NCBI GenBank assembly: GCA_963708075.1
Contig: OY970194.1
Span: forward strand, 5,024,001 to 5,088,000
Direction of reading: 5' to 3'
Source of the DNA: Sedimentisphaerales bacterium
GTDB lineage: Bacteria; Planctomycetota; Phycisphaerae; Sedimentisphaerales; Anaerobacaceae
DNA length: 64,000 nt
The notes beneath the pieces are model-generated. The model worked only from the letters and a program-made list of their open reading frames with translations, was not told the origin of the DNA and made no database searches. Shown here one piece after another: positions 21,426 to 32,473 of this stretch; the stretch's first letter is position 1; each line of letters begins with the position of its first letter. Position numbers and translations under genes: made by a program.

Positions 21426-23553
21426 ATGTACTGTATCGTTGCGTCATCGAACCAATCGTCAGTCGGTTCTCAATGTCGCCGTCTCACCACTTGCGGAGTA
21501 TCGGGCTTGCTGGCCTTCGCCTGTTTGGCCGTGATGCCCACGGGCGCCGGCGCGGCGAAATCGGACGGGGACTCCCTGGCGCCGCTGAATCGGTTCCCGC
21601 GCATGGTGCAGGAGTACGTCGTCGATCATGTACGGCGGGTGGATCGGCAGGTCGATCAGCGGTACACTACGCTGGCGAGCCGGCAGGAGGCGGAGGCTTA
21701 TGTACGCGACGTGCAGGAGAAGATCCAGCGATGCTTCGGCCCGTGGCCCGAGAAGACGCCTTTGAATCCGCGCATCACTGGCGTGGTCGAACGCGATGCC
21801 TACAGGATCGAGAAGGTGATCTTCGAGAGCCGGCCGGACTTCCTCATCACGGCGAACCTGTACGTTCCCAAAGGCCGGGACTTTCCTCTGCCCGGCGTGG
21901 TTGGCACCTGCGGGCACTCCAACAACGGCAAGGCCTACCTGCAGTACCAGAGCTTCGCCCAGGGCCTCGCCCGACAGGGCTACGTCGTCCTGATCTTCGA
22001 CCCCATCGGCCAGGGCGAACGCCTGCAGTACCCGAACGAGAAGCTCGGATCGCGGATCGGCGTCGGCGTCCGCGAGCACCTCTACGGCGGCAATCAGCAA
22101 TTCCTCGTCGGCGAGTTCTTCGGCGCCTGGCGGGCCTGGGACGGCATCCGTGCCCTCGATTACCTGCTCACCCGCAAAGAGGTCGATCCGAAGCGGGTCG
22201 GCGTCACCGGCTGCTCCGGCGGCGGCACGATGACGACCTGGCTGTGCGGCGTGGATCGACGCTGGACCATGGCGGCCCCGAGTTGCTTCGTCATGACCTT
22301 CGCCCGCAACTGTGAGAATGAGCTGCCCGCCGACACGGAGCAGTGTCCGCCGAAGGCTTTGGCGCTCGGCCTGGACCAGTGTGATTTTCTGGCCGCGATG
22401 GCGCCCCAACCTATCGTCCTGCTCACAAAAGAAGGGGACTTCTTCGACATCCGCGGCAGCGAGAAAGCCTATGAGCGCCTGCGCAGGCTCTATGGACTGC
22501 TCGGCGCCGAGGACAATATCTCCATGTTCGTCGAGGCAGGCGGTCACGGCTACTCCCAGAGGAGCCGCGAGGCTATGTACCGCTGGTTCAATCGCGCCAC
22601 GCGTGTCAGCGACGCGCAGGCGGAACCGAACCTGACCATCGAGAAGGATGAGAACCCTCTGGTGTACCCCGAAGGGGCAGATCTGTGAGTTGAATTCTCG
22701 ACCGATGTGCTCCTTTACAGCGGAGAAAGCCAAGGCGCTGGCCGCGAAGCGGCCGAAGGAGTTCACCCAGGCTCAACTCCAGGCAAAGGTGCGCGAGCTG
22801 TTGCGCCTGCCGCAGGTGAATGACACGGCCGCCCCCGACTATCGGATTCTTCGCAACTGGAGCTCCCGCAAGTATCCCAAGCCGCGATGGACGAGCTACG
22901 TCATCGAAACCGAGCCCGGGATTCAGGCAGTCGTCTACAGGCTCGGCAACGAGCAGTTGGTTGCCCGGCCCCACGCCGACGGCAAGCGGGCCATCCTGTA
23001 CGTCTCGCATCTCTCCAGCGACGCAGAACTGCGCAGCGAGCCGCTGATCGCCGATCTGATCAAGGCCGATCCGGACGCCGCGGTCTACACAGTCGATGTC
23101 CGCGGCATCGGCGAATCCCGCCCCGACACCTGCGACGAGAACTCCTTCTTCGACCTCTACGGCAGCGATTACTTCTACGCGATCCACTCGATCATGCTGG
23201 ACCGGCCCTACATCGGGCAAAGGACCTTCGACGTCCTGCGGGTCCTCGACTGGCTGCGGAGCATCGGCCACGAGGACATCCATCTGGTTGGCAAAGGTTG
23301 GGGCGCCCTGCCGGTGACGTTCGCCGCCGTCGTATCGAACAACGTGCACCACGTGACACTGAAGAACGCGCTCACGTCCTACTCAGACATCGCCGAGTCG
23401 CAGGATTACGCGTGGCCGCTCTCGACGCTTGTGCCCAACGTGCTCACGTCGTTCGATCTACCTGACTGCTACCAAGCCTTGAAAGCCAAGGATCTTCGCC
23501 AGGTCGAGCCCTGGGGCCCCGATGCCAAACCGGTCACGCACGAGGAAATCTAG
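21426..23553 (+). CDS. Secreted two-domain alpha/beta hydrolase (acetylxylan esterase-like), frameshift near 22650
   Basis: GCSGGG nucleophile motif, DPIGQGER, GHGY. Second degenerate hydrolase domain in 22648-23553. GGAGG upstream of ATG 21426. Confidence 0.8.
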
Positions 23554-23643
23554 CGGCTGTTCCCGGAGGCGAGACGACCCGAGCCCGAAGAGGAACCGGC
23601 CTCCGTCTGAGACCGGAATTCGCAGGATGGATCGCACTGCGGC

Positions 23644-23672
23644 TTGACCCTTGCCGCGGGACCCGATATGCT
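23644..23672 (+). promoter_or_regulatory. Sigma70-type promoter
   Basis: TTGACC-17 nt-TATGCT upstream of the LEA-2 gene. Confidence 0.5.
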
Positions 23673-23703
23673 GATAGCAGAGATTTTGGAAGGGATTCGC
23701 ACT

Positions 23704-24192
23704 ATGCTACGTATGGCAAATCTGGTTTCTGTCAGCATACTGGCGGGGCTGCTCGCCGGTTGCACAACTGTGGAGGAGCGGCTGGAGCTCAGAAAGCCGA
23801 CGGCGCAACTGACGGGGGTACGGTTCCAGGAGGCGACTGCGCAGTCCGCGACGCTCGTGTTTGATGTGGAGATCGAGAACTACTACCCGCTGACCGTACC
23901 GCTGCTGGGCTTCAGGTACTCGGTCGCGAGCGGCGGGCAATTGTTCCTCACCGGCTCTTCCGAGGTCCGGATCAACCTGCCGGCCGAAAGTCGAAGGACC
24001 GTCGCCCTGCCTGCCCAGATCAACTACCTTGAGGCACTCAAAATCCTGGGGAACGTCAGGCCGGGCGCAACGATTCCCTACGCGGCCGCACTGGACGTGA
24101 GGGTGGAGACGCCACGCCTCGGACCGATCACGCTGCCCCTGACCCAAAAAGGTCAGCTAACGCTGCCGACGATTTCCGCAGTGATCCCATAG
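23704..24192 (+). CDS. LEA type 2 / WHy-domain lipoprotein
   Basis: Lipobox LAGC, V.IENYYP motif, beta-rich WHy pattern. Confidence 0.78.
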   Translation: MLRMANLVSVSILAGLLAGCTTVEERLELRKPTAQLTGVRFQEATAQSATLVFDVEIENYYPLTVPLLGFRYSVASGGQLFLTGSSEVRINLPAESRRTVALPAQINYLEALKILGNVRPGATIPYAAALDVRVETPRLGPITLPLTQKGQLTLPTISAVIP

Positions 24193-24250
24193 AGGGCTCC
24201 GGCCCTGGCCTGCCATCGAGTGCCCGCGAGACTCTCGGCGGTCGTGCGCG

Positions 24251-26364
24251 TTACTGGGCTTCCTGATTGATGGATGCAACCTCAAAAGCAGTGGTCCGCA
24301 GGGCATCGGCGGGGTTGCCGTCGTCGTCCATCAGGGGCAGACCAAAGTCATCGACGATTGCCGGGCAATGGAGGCGAAGCTCGTAGGTACCCGCAGGCAG
24401 TAGGGCCGGCAGAGCCAGCAGTACGGCCCGGCGCGAATCGGCTTGCAGCAGCATCGCATTTTGCATGTCCACCGCGTCTGAGGCGCCCACCAGTTCGATG
24501 TCCTGCGTGGTGATGGTGACGGCCTCACTGAACTTGAGAAAGATCGCCGATACCGCCGTGAGCGGAGTCTCGTCGTCGCCTATGATGACGGCGTCGACGC
24601 GGGGGCCGTTGTAGAGTTGGCCGTGAGCCTCCAGTTCGAGGATGGTCGTGAATCGTTTCGATCCGCCGGGCGTGCCGATGATGCGCACCGCTTGACCGAC
24701 CACGGGCTCGAAGGTGAACGTGATCGTCTGGTACGTCCGGAAGCGGTCCGGCGCGGGCGACATTTGCACACCGGCCGGCTCCACATACACGCCGTTGCGC
24801 AGGACCTGAACGATGAGGTCCTTGAAGAAGCCGCCGAGGGACTCATCGTCCGCGTAGTACTCGTTGATCTTACTCCAGACGATGTCGCCCTCGTGGAAGG
24901 TCACGCCGGCAAAGCGGACCGGCCGGGAGAAGGCCAGCTCATACCAGTCCTTTTCCGGTCGGATCGTCGAATCGGCAACGTAGGTGTAGTAGGGTCTGTG
25001 GCCGTTCATGGAGTTGTCCGTCACGCCATCCATAATCGAGTCGAGGTGATACCTGTCGCGGCTTGGATCGGATCGCTCGACGGAGGCATGCGGCGTGACT
25101 GCAATGCCGGCGGCGATTGCTTCACCGGCAAGGCCGGCCGGTCCATTCGGATCGGCCTCGCCGGGCTCGACCGGCGCCATATTGCACTCGGGAATCATGT
25201 AAGAGCTCGTGGAGCCCTCGCTGACGATGGAGCCCCCGTTGCGGAGAATGTTCTCCTCGGCCAATGCCCGCACGGCCAGTGCGATATCCGTGATGGTTGT
25301 GGACTGGGGCAGCGTCGCCGCCGGGTCGGGCAATCCCGGCCGCGAGACGTTCATGTAGACATCGCCGCAGGTATTCGGGTCGGTCAGGTCGGCAGGCAAG
25401 CCGCTGACGCCGTGGATGATGCCGAGCAGCCCACCGGCCGTGGCGGGATTGCAGTCACTGTCCCAGCCCGCCAGCACAGCGATCTGCACCGTCTGCTTGA
25501 AATCACCTTCGCCGTAGAGCAGCGCCAGGACTGTGGCGCCCATATTGATCGTGGACTCCGTCCAATTGTAGTAGCGGCCGAAGCTCTGCGCCCCTGGTAC
25601 CTGTCGTAGAGCCGGCGTCGCGTGGCCCGCCAATCCAGGCTGCCGTCTGACAGATCCTCCGTGTACCAATCGAGCACGTCCGAGATCACCTGTGCGGTCC
25701 GGCTGCCCACCGGGATTGCCTCAAGGCCCCTGTGGGCAAGCTCCACCACGTTGGGCTCGAAGAAGGCCTCCGCGTACATGGCGGCGCAAAACTCGGCTGC
25801 ATGGACGGCGAACCCATCGTTCGTGATTCGCCCGAATCGGCCCGCCAGCTCAACAGCCGCCTGCGGCAAGCCCGGCGAGACCGCCCCGAGGACCTCCGTG
25901 CCGATCCGGGCGTCGATGGAGTACCAGTGCTCGTTGTATGTCCGGCTGCCCGTTTGTGGAGGCAGATGACCCTCCAGCATCAGCCGCCAGGCCTGTTTGT
26001 TGGCGATGTAGATGCCGGCATCCGTCACGTGGTCGAGCCACTGCTCCGCGATCTCGCATGAGTTGCAGTCGAAGCCGTATGTCTGCAGGATGTGCAGGGC
26101 GACGTACTCGATGTCGGTGTCGTCGTCGGCATCCCAGACCTGCCGGATCTGCCAGGGGACCGCCTCGTTCGGGTCGGGCTCAGAGCCACTGTAGCGACCT
26201 TCCGTTTCTCGCCCGGCCATGTTGCCGATGAGCTGGCCAAGCCACATCCCGCGCAACCGGTCCAGCAGCTCGTCGCCGGGGATCATCCGCTCAGCCCTCG
26301 CCGGAACGCCGAACGAGCACATAGTCAAAGACACAAGGATCAGCAGCAAACGCCTGTCCTGCAA
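24251..26364 (-). CDS. Secreted ADP-ribosylglycohydrolase-family protein with C-terminal beta-rich domains, frameshift near 25590
   Basis: GMWLGQLIGN, DDDTD, LLYGEGDF and GWDSDCNPATAGG motifs. Signal peptide. Confidence 0.8.
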
Positions 26365-26484
26365 GCATCACCCCCTGTTCCATATTCTCATATTGTCCAT
26401 TCTATCTTCATCGGCCAGGATCTCAGGGCACTTTCTTGTCCGGTGGGCAGGAAAGAAGTCTATGGCCATGGCAGCTTCCTGGAG

Positions 26485-26565
26485 AAAGGACGCAAAGGAC
26501 AAAAGGGACCAAAACGACGAGTACCCTTTGATCCTTTAGGTCCTTGAGGTCATTTAGGTCCTTTT
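26485..26565. repeat. Inverted pair of 9-mer arrays (AAAGGACNN)n / (CTTTAGGTC)n
   Basis: Same unit as 18674-18723. Confidence 0.75.
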
Positions 26566-26653
26566 CTTTCGGTGCCGTTCGGCTATAGTTGACCCGGTAG
26601 ATTGATGTTAGCAAAGCAATGTTGTCTGATAGTTCACAGAAAACAGAGGTGCC

Positions 26654-27493
26654 GTGATGGTGCGGCTGGGCAGGCTGGTGCGGTTTTCGGTCGATCCGTT
26701 CCTGGACCCGGACGTCGAAGGCGCGAATTCCTACGCGTCGAAGCCGGCGGGCGAGGGGCTGGCGCTGTACCTGGAGCTGGCCATCGAGCTGATCGGGCCG
26801 ATTGCGCCGCAAACCGGGCTGCTCCTGAACGTCGCCGACATCGACCGGATCGCCCGGCGATTCGCCGTGCCGGTGTTCGCCGTGGCGGTTAACCGGCGCC
26901 TGCGGCGCGGCGAGCACATCAGCCTCGCCACCGTTGCGGAGATTCTACAGCAGGTCCACGAGCACCTCGACGGCCGCTTCCCCGGCGCCCAGGTGGACAG
27001 GCTCGCTCTCAAGCTTAACCCATACAGGATACTTGCGATGGATACGAAAGAACCAGGCATCGTATATTTCAGCGAGAAGTTCGAGTTCGCCGCCACGCAC
27101 AAGCTGTGGAACGACAGCTTCTCCGATGAGCAGAACCTGGAGACGTTCGGCAAATGCGCCAACCCAAGCGGCCACGGGCACAACTACCTCGTCGAGGTCA
27201 CGATCAAGATGCCCGCCGGATCGCTTCCCAACGCGGCGCAGACACCCAATCCGGCGTCGATGCGAATCGGTCGGTTCGAGCAGATCGTCGATGCCCGCCT
27301 GATGCAACTGCTCGACCACAAGAATCTCAACCTCGATGTGTCCGCATTCCACAAGACGACGCCCACGGTCGAGAATCTCGCGACGTTCGCCTGGCAGCGT
27401 CTCGCCTGGCAGTTCGACCCGGCCCGGCTCCACTGCGTCACCGTTTGGGAGTCCGACCGCACCTGGTGCTCCTACTACGGCCCACAGGAATGA
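26654..27493 (+). CDS. Tandem-domain 6-pyruvoyltetrahydropterin synthase / QueD-family protein
   Basis: C-terminal domain has FAATH, GKCANPSGHGHNY, LDHKNLN, TVENLA and VWES. N-terminal domain is a degenerate copy. Confidence 0.85.
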   Translation: MMVRLGRLVRFSVDPFLDPDVEGANSYASKPAGEGLALYLELAIELIGPIAPQTGLLLNVADIDRIARRFAVPVFAVAVNRRLRRGEHISLATVAEILQQVHEHLDGRFPGAQVDRLALKLNPYRILAMDTKEPGIVYFSEKFEFAATHKLWNDSFSDEQNLETFGKCANPSGHGHNYLVEVTIKMPAGSLPNAAQTPNPASMRIGRFEQIVDARLMQLLDHKNLNLDVSAFHKTTPTVENLATFAWQRLAWQFDPARLHCVTVWESDRTWCSYYGPQE

Positions 27494-27554
27494 TGGTCAG
27501 CGACTGCGGCCGGACGGCACAGCGCGCATGGCCGGCGCCGGATTCCGCACCAGG

Positions 27555-28104
27555 TCAGATGGAGACGCGATCGAAGGCGATCCCGGTGTGATCGGGGCCG
27601 GTGAAGTGAGCATAGTAGAGCCTCGATCTGCAGGCCGAGATGGGCCAGGAGACGGCCAAAGACAGCGCCGACAAGCCCCATGTCTCCGCGGGGCCGGTGG
27701 TTCTCACCGTCCCCATGATCGCGGAGGAACGCCGGAATCTTTTCTGCGAGCATCCTGTAGTAGGCGCAGTCTTCGTGGTTGATCAGCACGACTCGCTTGA
27801 TGGACGGGTAGTTTCTGCGAAAGAGCTCGAAGCGTTCCCGCATGAACTTGAATTCTTTCGGCAGCCGCTCCGGGTGGGCCAGCACGCCGGCGCCGCCCGC
27901 GACAACGAGGGGGATAAATTGGCCTTTCGTTAGTCCAAGCTCCCTCTCGATGAACTGGTCGAACGCCACCTGGAAGCGCGGCGCGCTGCAATACACGACC
28001 ACGGCCTGCGGCGTAACCTCCGGCATGGCCTCGTACACGTGCGGCCCATCCGCTGAGTCCGACGTGACTTCGTACGGGTTCGTCGTATCCGCCAGTTCCG
28101 TCAT
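27555..28104 (-). CDS. Putative beta-carbonic-anhydrase-like Zn protein, 1-nt indel near 27620
   Basis: VVYCSAPRF, AGGAG and LINHEDCAYY motifs. Removing one G gives ...IELYYAHFTGPDHTGIAFDRVSI* ending at 27555. Confidence 0.6.
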
Positions 28105-28193
28105 GTCAATTCCCTTCACATGGATTGCGACCGGCCTCTTTGAAGTGCACGATGCCACCCGTTGATCCATCATGTCACGACTATGTCAGCACC

Positions 28194-29916
28194 TCACGCG
28201 TCGGCGTCGGCGGGACCGCGGGGCGGTTTCTCGACGATGGCGTGGCCCTGTTTCTCGACGACCGGGTGCGGTGCCGGCTTCGCGTCCACCGGTTTGTGGT
28301 TGAGCATTCCGTCGAGGTCCTCGATATCGATGCCGAACTTGCTCAGGATCGGCTTGAAGTCGATGCCCTGGCTCCGCAGGGCGGTGAGAAACTTGAACAC
28401 CGTGTTCGGCACGACGCTGCTGAACTGGTCCATGCCCCGCCCGTTGCCGCCCACGTCGATGATACGCACCTCGTCGATCTGGCCGAGCGGCGCTGCCACG
28501 CTGGAGAAGACGGAGGTCGCGACTTTGCTCATGGCATCGCCGCCCCTGTCCATCAGCATGGGCAGCCGGTCCAGGATCAGGATCATCCGCGCGTCGGAGG
28601 TCATCTTCGCCAGGGCCTCGGCGAGCTGCTTCGTGCCTTCCGCCTCCGCCTTCAGGACCATGCCCTTCTTGGCGGCCTCGCCTTCCGCCTCCGCCACCAG
28701 GGCCTGCTTCGTCTTGGCGGCCTCACCCTCGGCCTCGGCAAGCATGATCGCGCGGGTCTTGGCGGCCTGGCCTTCGCCCTCGAAGACCCTCGCCTGCTTC
28801 TCGCCGTCGGCCCTGCGGATCGCCGCTTCCCGTGCCGCCTCCGCGTTGGTCACGGCCACCTGCTTGGCGGCCTCCGCCTCGATCACCTGCCGGGTACGCT
28901 CCGCCTGGGCGAGCTTGATGACCGTCGCCTCCAACTCCTGCTCCTTGCGGGCGGCCTCGCGCGTCTGGACCTCGATCTGCGCCTCGCGCTCGGCGGCGTC
29001 GCGCTCGCGCCTGTTTGACCTTGAGCGTCTTTTCCTGGTCGGCCATAGCGATGCCGAACGCCTGGTCCGCCTTGGCCTTCTCCGCATCCGCGATGGTCTT
29101 GAACTGCGCCTTCTTGACGTCCCTGTCCCGTTCCGCCTCCGACACCTTGATCGCATTGCTGGCGACGGTGATGTCCGCCTCGCGGTTGCAATCGCTCACC
29201 TTCTTCTTCGTCTCCGCCTCGGCCTGGGCGGTCTTGATATTCGCGTCCCGGATGGCCTCCGCCACCGACTGCTTGCCGAGGGCGTCGATGTACCCGTACT
29301 CGTCGGTCACCTCCTGGATGACCAGCGTGATGATCTGGATGCCGAGGCGCTTGAGCTCCTCCGTGGACTCCTCGACCACCTTCTTATTGAACGCATCCCG
29401 GTCGCGCAGGATCTCGTTGATGTTCAGCTTGCCGATGATGGAGCGCAGGTGGCCCTGGAGGATGTTGCGGACGATCCGGGCGAGCTCCTCGTCGCTCTTG
29501 CCGAGGAACGCGGCGGCCGCGTTGTGCAGCGCCTCCTGCGTCGTCTCGATCTTGAACGTGGCGACGCCCTTGGCGCTGATCTTCACGTTGTCCTTGTTGG
29601 GGATATCGTGCTCGTCGATCTCGACTTGCGTGACGGCGGTGGACATCGGCTGGAAATGCTCGATCACCGGCCACAGCAGGGCGCCGCCGCCAGCGACGAC
29701 GCGGAACCCGCGGCGGGTTATCTTGCCATCCGGGTCGATATAGCGGTACTTGCGGCCGTAGAAAATGCCGACTTCGTTCGGCGGGATCTTCTTGTAGCGG
29801 CTGGCCATCACCCGGATCACGATGATGAACGCCAGTGCGATCAGCAGAATCATCCCCGGCAGCAGCGTCTTGCCAAGAAACGCCATCAGAATTCCGTGCA
29901 ATGGTAACGTGTTCAT
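28194..29916 (-). CDS. Flotillin (SPFH-domain) protein, frameshift near 29010
   Basis: N-terminal TM, GGGALLWPV, LQGHLRSIIG, AEA-rich coiled coil, GQIDEVRIID tail. Confidence 0.88.
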
Positions 29917-29974
29917 AATCCTTGTCTCTCCTGCTAAGAGTTTGCTATTTCAGCCTTCCACCTGCTCCGTGGCT

Positions 29975-30054
29975 GGGTGGTATCAGCACGGCCGAAGGCT
30001 TTGCCGATGGCGAATGTGCGAGCCATCGGCAAGCTGTGCTTGCCGCTGCCACCC
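29975..30054. repeat. Family C palindromic repeat
   Basis: GCCGAAGGCTTTGCCGATGGCGAATG...CCATCGGCAAGCTGTGCTTGCCGCTGCCACCC. Confidence 0.85.
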
Positions 30055-30101
30055 GGAGCCCGGAGACACGGGTTTGAATACCTGGGTATCAATACTCCCG
30101 A

Positions 30102-30644
30102 TCAACCTTCGGCTTTGTCCACGGTCAGGACCGAGCCGCTGACGCCGACGATCCGCACGGCGCTGCCCTTGCCCAGGGCGCCGCCGTGCGCGCGGGCGGT
30201 GAACGTGTGATACTCGCCGCCGAGGGACACGCCGATCTCGCCCATGCTGTCCTTGTCGATGGGCACCGTCACTGTGCCCGTGCATCCGACCAGCGAGTCG
30301 GTGGGGGTCACGGACGACGCCTGCTGCTCGATGAACAGCAACATGATGCCGTACATGAGAGCGGCCAGGACCATTCCCGCCGCGATGCCGATCAGCGAGG
30401 CGATCGGGTAGCCCGCGCCGTAATGCAGGGCGACTGCGCCCGCGGCCCCGAAGCCCATGATGAACGTGGCGATCACCCGCATCGAGAAGATGCCGATGAC
30501 GCCGTGGCTGTCGACGCCGGCCTCGTGGCTCGCGTCACCAAGGTCGTGGTCGAAGCCATGATCGAAGTCGTGGTCGTGGCCGAGCAGGAACCCGCCTGCC
30601 ACAATGATGAACGCCGCAATCGCAATGGCTACGAATATGGTCAT
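30102..30644 (-). CDS. NfeD-like membrane protein (flotillin partner)
   Basis: TM helices with a His/Asp loop and C-terminal OB fold (LVGCTGTVTVPI...GEI...VRIVGV). Directly upstream of flotillin. Confidence 0.82.
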   Translation of the reverse strand: MTIFVAIAIAAFIIVAGGFLLGHDHDFDHGFDHDLGDASHEAGVDSHGVIGIFSMRVIATFIMGFGAAGAVALHYGAGYPIASLIGIAAGMVLAALMYGIMLLFIEQQASSVTPTDSLVGCTGTVTVPIDKDSMGEIGVSLGGEYHTFTARAHGGALGKGSAVRIVGVSGSVLTVDKAEG

Positions 30645-30972
30645 AACGACCTCCTTCTACGCGAATAGACGCGGGGGGAGCCGGAATCTTGCGCAGTTTC
30701 CCCTGCCGACGCAGATTTTTGGAATCCGGGCCTTGGGTCGCTCCACGGTACCAGCCACATCCTTGTGTCCTTGTCCTGCACCTGTCGTCTCTCCTCCTGC
30801 GGTCATCCAACCATGGCGGAGTATAACAGCTTCTCGCAAGCCCGTCCACACCCCCCGCTGCGAATTTCGCAATCCCCGGCGGCGCGCTCTCGTGCTAACT
30901 GCCTGTGCTACAAGCAGTTATGATCGAGCATGGCTGTCGGCTTAGACAGTATCGCTCCAGGATGGGGCGGGC

Positions 30973-31863
30973 TCAGGCCGGCTTCATGGCGATGATTTTG
31001 TCGATCCGCCGGGCCAGGTCGGTCAGGTAGGCCTCGTCGCCGCCGGAGAGCTCGGTGGTCATGTAGCTCGCGAACCCGGTCTCGGCGAGCGCCTGGCGGA
31101 CCTGCGGCCAGTTCACGTCGCCGTCCAGCAGGTTCGTCCACTGGTAGCCCTGGCGCTTGAAGTCCTTCAGATGGATGCGAACGATCCGCTTGCCCACCGT
31201 GCGGACCCAGTCCTGGGCGAAGCCGAACAAAATCATGTTGCCCACGTCAACGTAAGCCCGCAGCCACGGGCTGTCGAACTCATCGACATAGCGAGCGAAC
31301 TCGACCGGACTGAGCAGAAACTTGTTCCAGACATTCTCGACCGCAATGGTCACCTGAAGCTCCTTCGCCAGGGGCAGCAGCTTACGGATGTTCGCCTGCG
31401 AGCGCTCGTAGGCCTCGGCATAACGGACGGTTTCCGTGACGATGCCCGGCACGAGCAGGACGACGTCTGCCCCGAGCGCCTTGGCGCTTCGCAGGGCGTT
31501 CTCCATGCCCGCAATGCCCTTGGCGGTCACCTCCGGCTTGGGATCGGACAGCGGTGCGTCCCAGCCGCCGTACACAATGGAATGAATCGGCACGCCCACC
31601 TGCCGCGCCAGAGTCCCTAGTTCTTTCGCGGCGGCCAGGTCGCTCATCGGCGAATGCTCGATCCCCTCGAACCCGCACTTCTTCGCCAGCGCGAACTTCT
31701 CCGCGTCCTTGAGCCCTTTGGGCAGCATACCGTACTGGCAGGCCTTCAACGGCCCGCCCGCCTGTGCATCACCCTGCCCGAATGCTGCCGAGCCCAGCAC
31801 TCCCGCTCCCGCGACCACTGCCGCATACTTCAAAACCTCCCGACGCCCCACCGTTTCATTCAT
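30973..31863 (-). CDS. Tat-exported sugar phosphate isomerase/epimerase (AP endonuclease 2 TIM barrel)
   Basis: GRREVLK Tat motif. ENVWNKFL, DVGN, HLKDF and TTE motifs. Confidence 0.88.
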   Translation of the reverse strand: MNETVGRREVLKYAAVVAGAGVLGSAAFGQGDAQAGGPLKACQYGMLPKGLKDAEKFALAKKCGFEGIEHSPMSDLAAAKELGTLARQVGVPIHSIVYGGWDAPLSDPKPEVTAKGIAGMENALRSAKALGADVVLLVPGIVTETVRYAEAYERSQANIRKLLPLAKELQVTIAVENVWNKFLLSPVEFARYVDEFDSPWLRAYVDVGNMILFGFAQDWVRTVGKRIVRIHLKDFKRQGYQWTNLLDGDVNWPQVRQALAETGFASYMTTELSGGDEAYLTDLARRIDKIIAMKPA

Positions 31864-32197
31864 GGATCGCACTCCTCGTCAACAATTGTCCAAGTCCCCT
31901 GCCGATGATAAACAGCGCCTCGTGAATGGATTCAGGAGCGTTCACCTGGAGTGAAAGCTCGATGAAGGTGTTGAGATCGCGAATCCAGACTTCGCCGTAG
32001 CCACTGCCGGCGGTGAGGCCGGTCTTCAGCAGAGCCTTTGCCTTGTCGAGCACCTGCGGCAAGTCCTGGTCGGCGAGGATCTGCCGGGCCAGCGTTTGCG
32101 AATTGGCTGGTGGCGCGTTTGCCGGGGTTGCCCCGTCGGCAGCAAAAACGGGCCTGCCGGCGAGCAACGTCACTGTCATGAGGACAACGTGATTCAT
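31856..32197 (-). pseudogene. Truncated N-terminal fragment of a secreted six-hairpin glycosidase-like protein
   Basis: Signal peptide plus AGSGYGEVWIRDLNTFIEL. The sequence stops looking protein-like after IHEALF (~31905) and runs into the start of the next gene. Confidence 0.55.
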
Positions 32198-32395
32198 ATG
32201 CAGGCGAGACAAGTCAGCCTCCTGAGATAAGTCTTGTTCCGAGCTACGGCGAAGCGCCACACCGCAGCGAAATCAGGGACTCATCATACCCCGCGAGCCG
32301 CCGATATACAACAATGTCCGCCGGGGATGCGGAATGCTCTGCGGGGAACTGAAGATGTCAGGAGACTGCCGCACGCGGCTCCCAGGAAAATGGAA

Positions 32396-32430
32396 CAGGC
32401 TGCAGAGGGCGGGGAGTTCTCTGCAGCCTG
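32396..32430 (-). terminator. Probable intrinsic terminator of the parA-CBM gene
   Basis: 12-bp stem CAGGCTGCAGAG/CTCTGCAGCCTG, followed on the minus strand by TTCCATTTT. Confidence 0.55.
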
Positions 32431-32473
32431 CGAGATTCGGGTCTGCCCGGGCAAGGGCTCGTCACTCGACGGA

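Noticed and set aside
22640..22690. Programmed ribosomal frameshifting in split genes
   Set aside because: No slippery heptamer or consistent signal was seen, and too many unrelated genes are affected.
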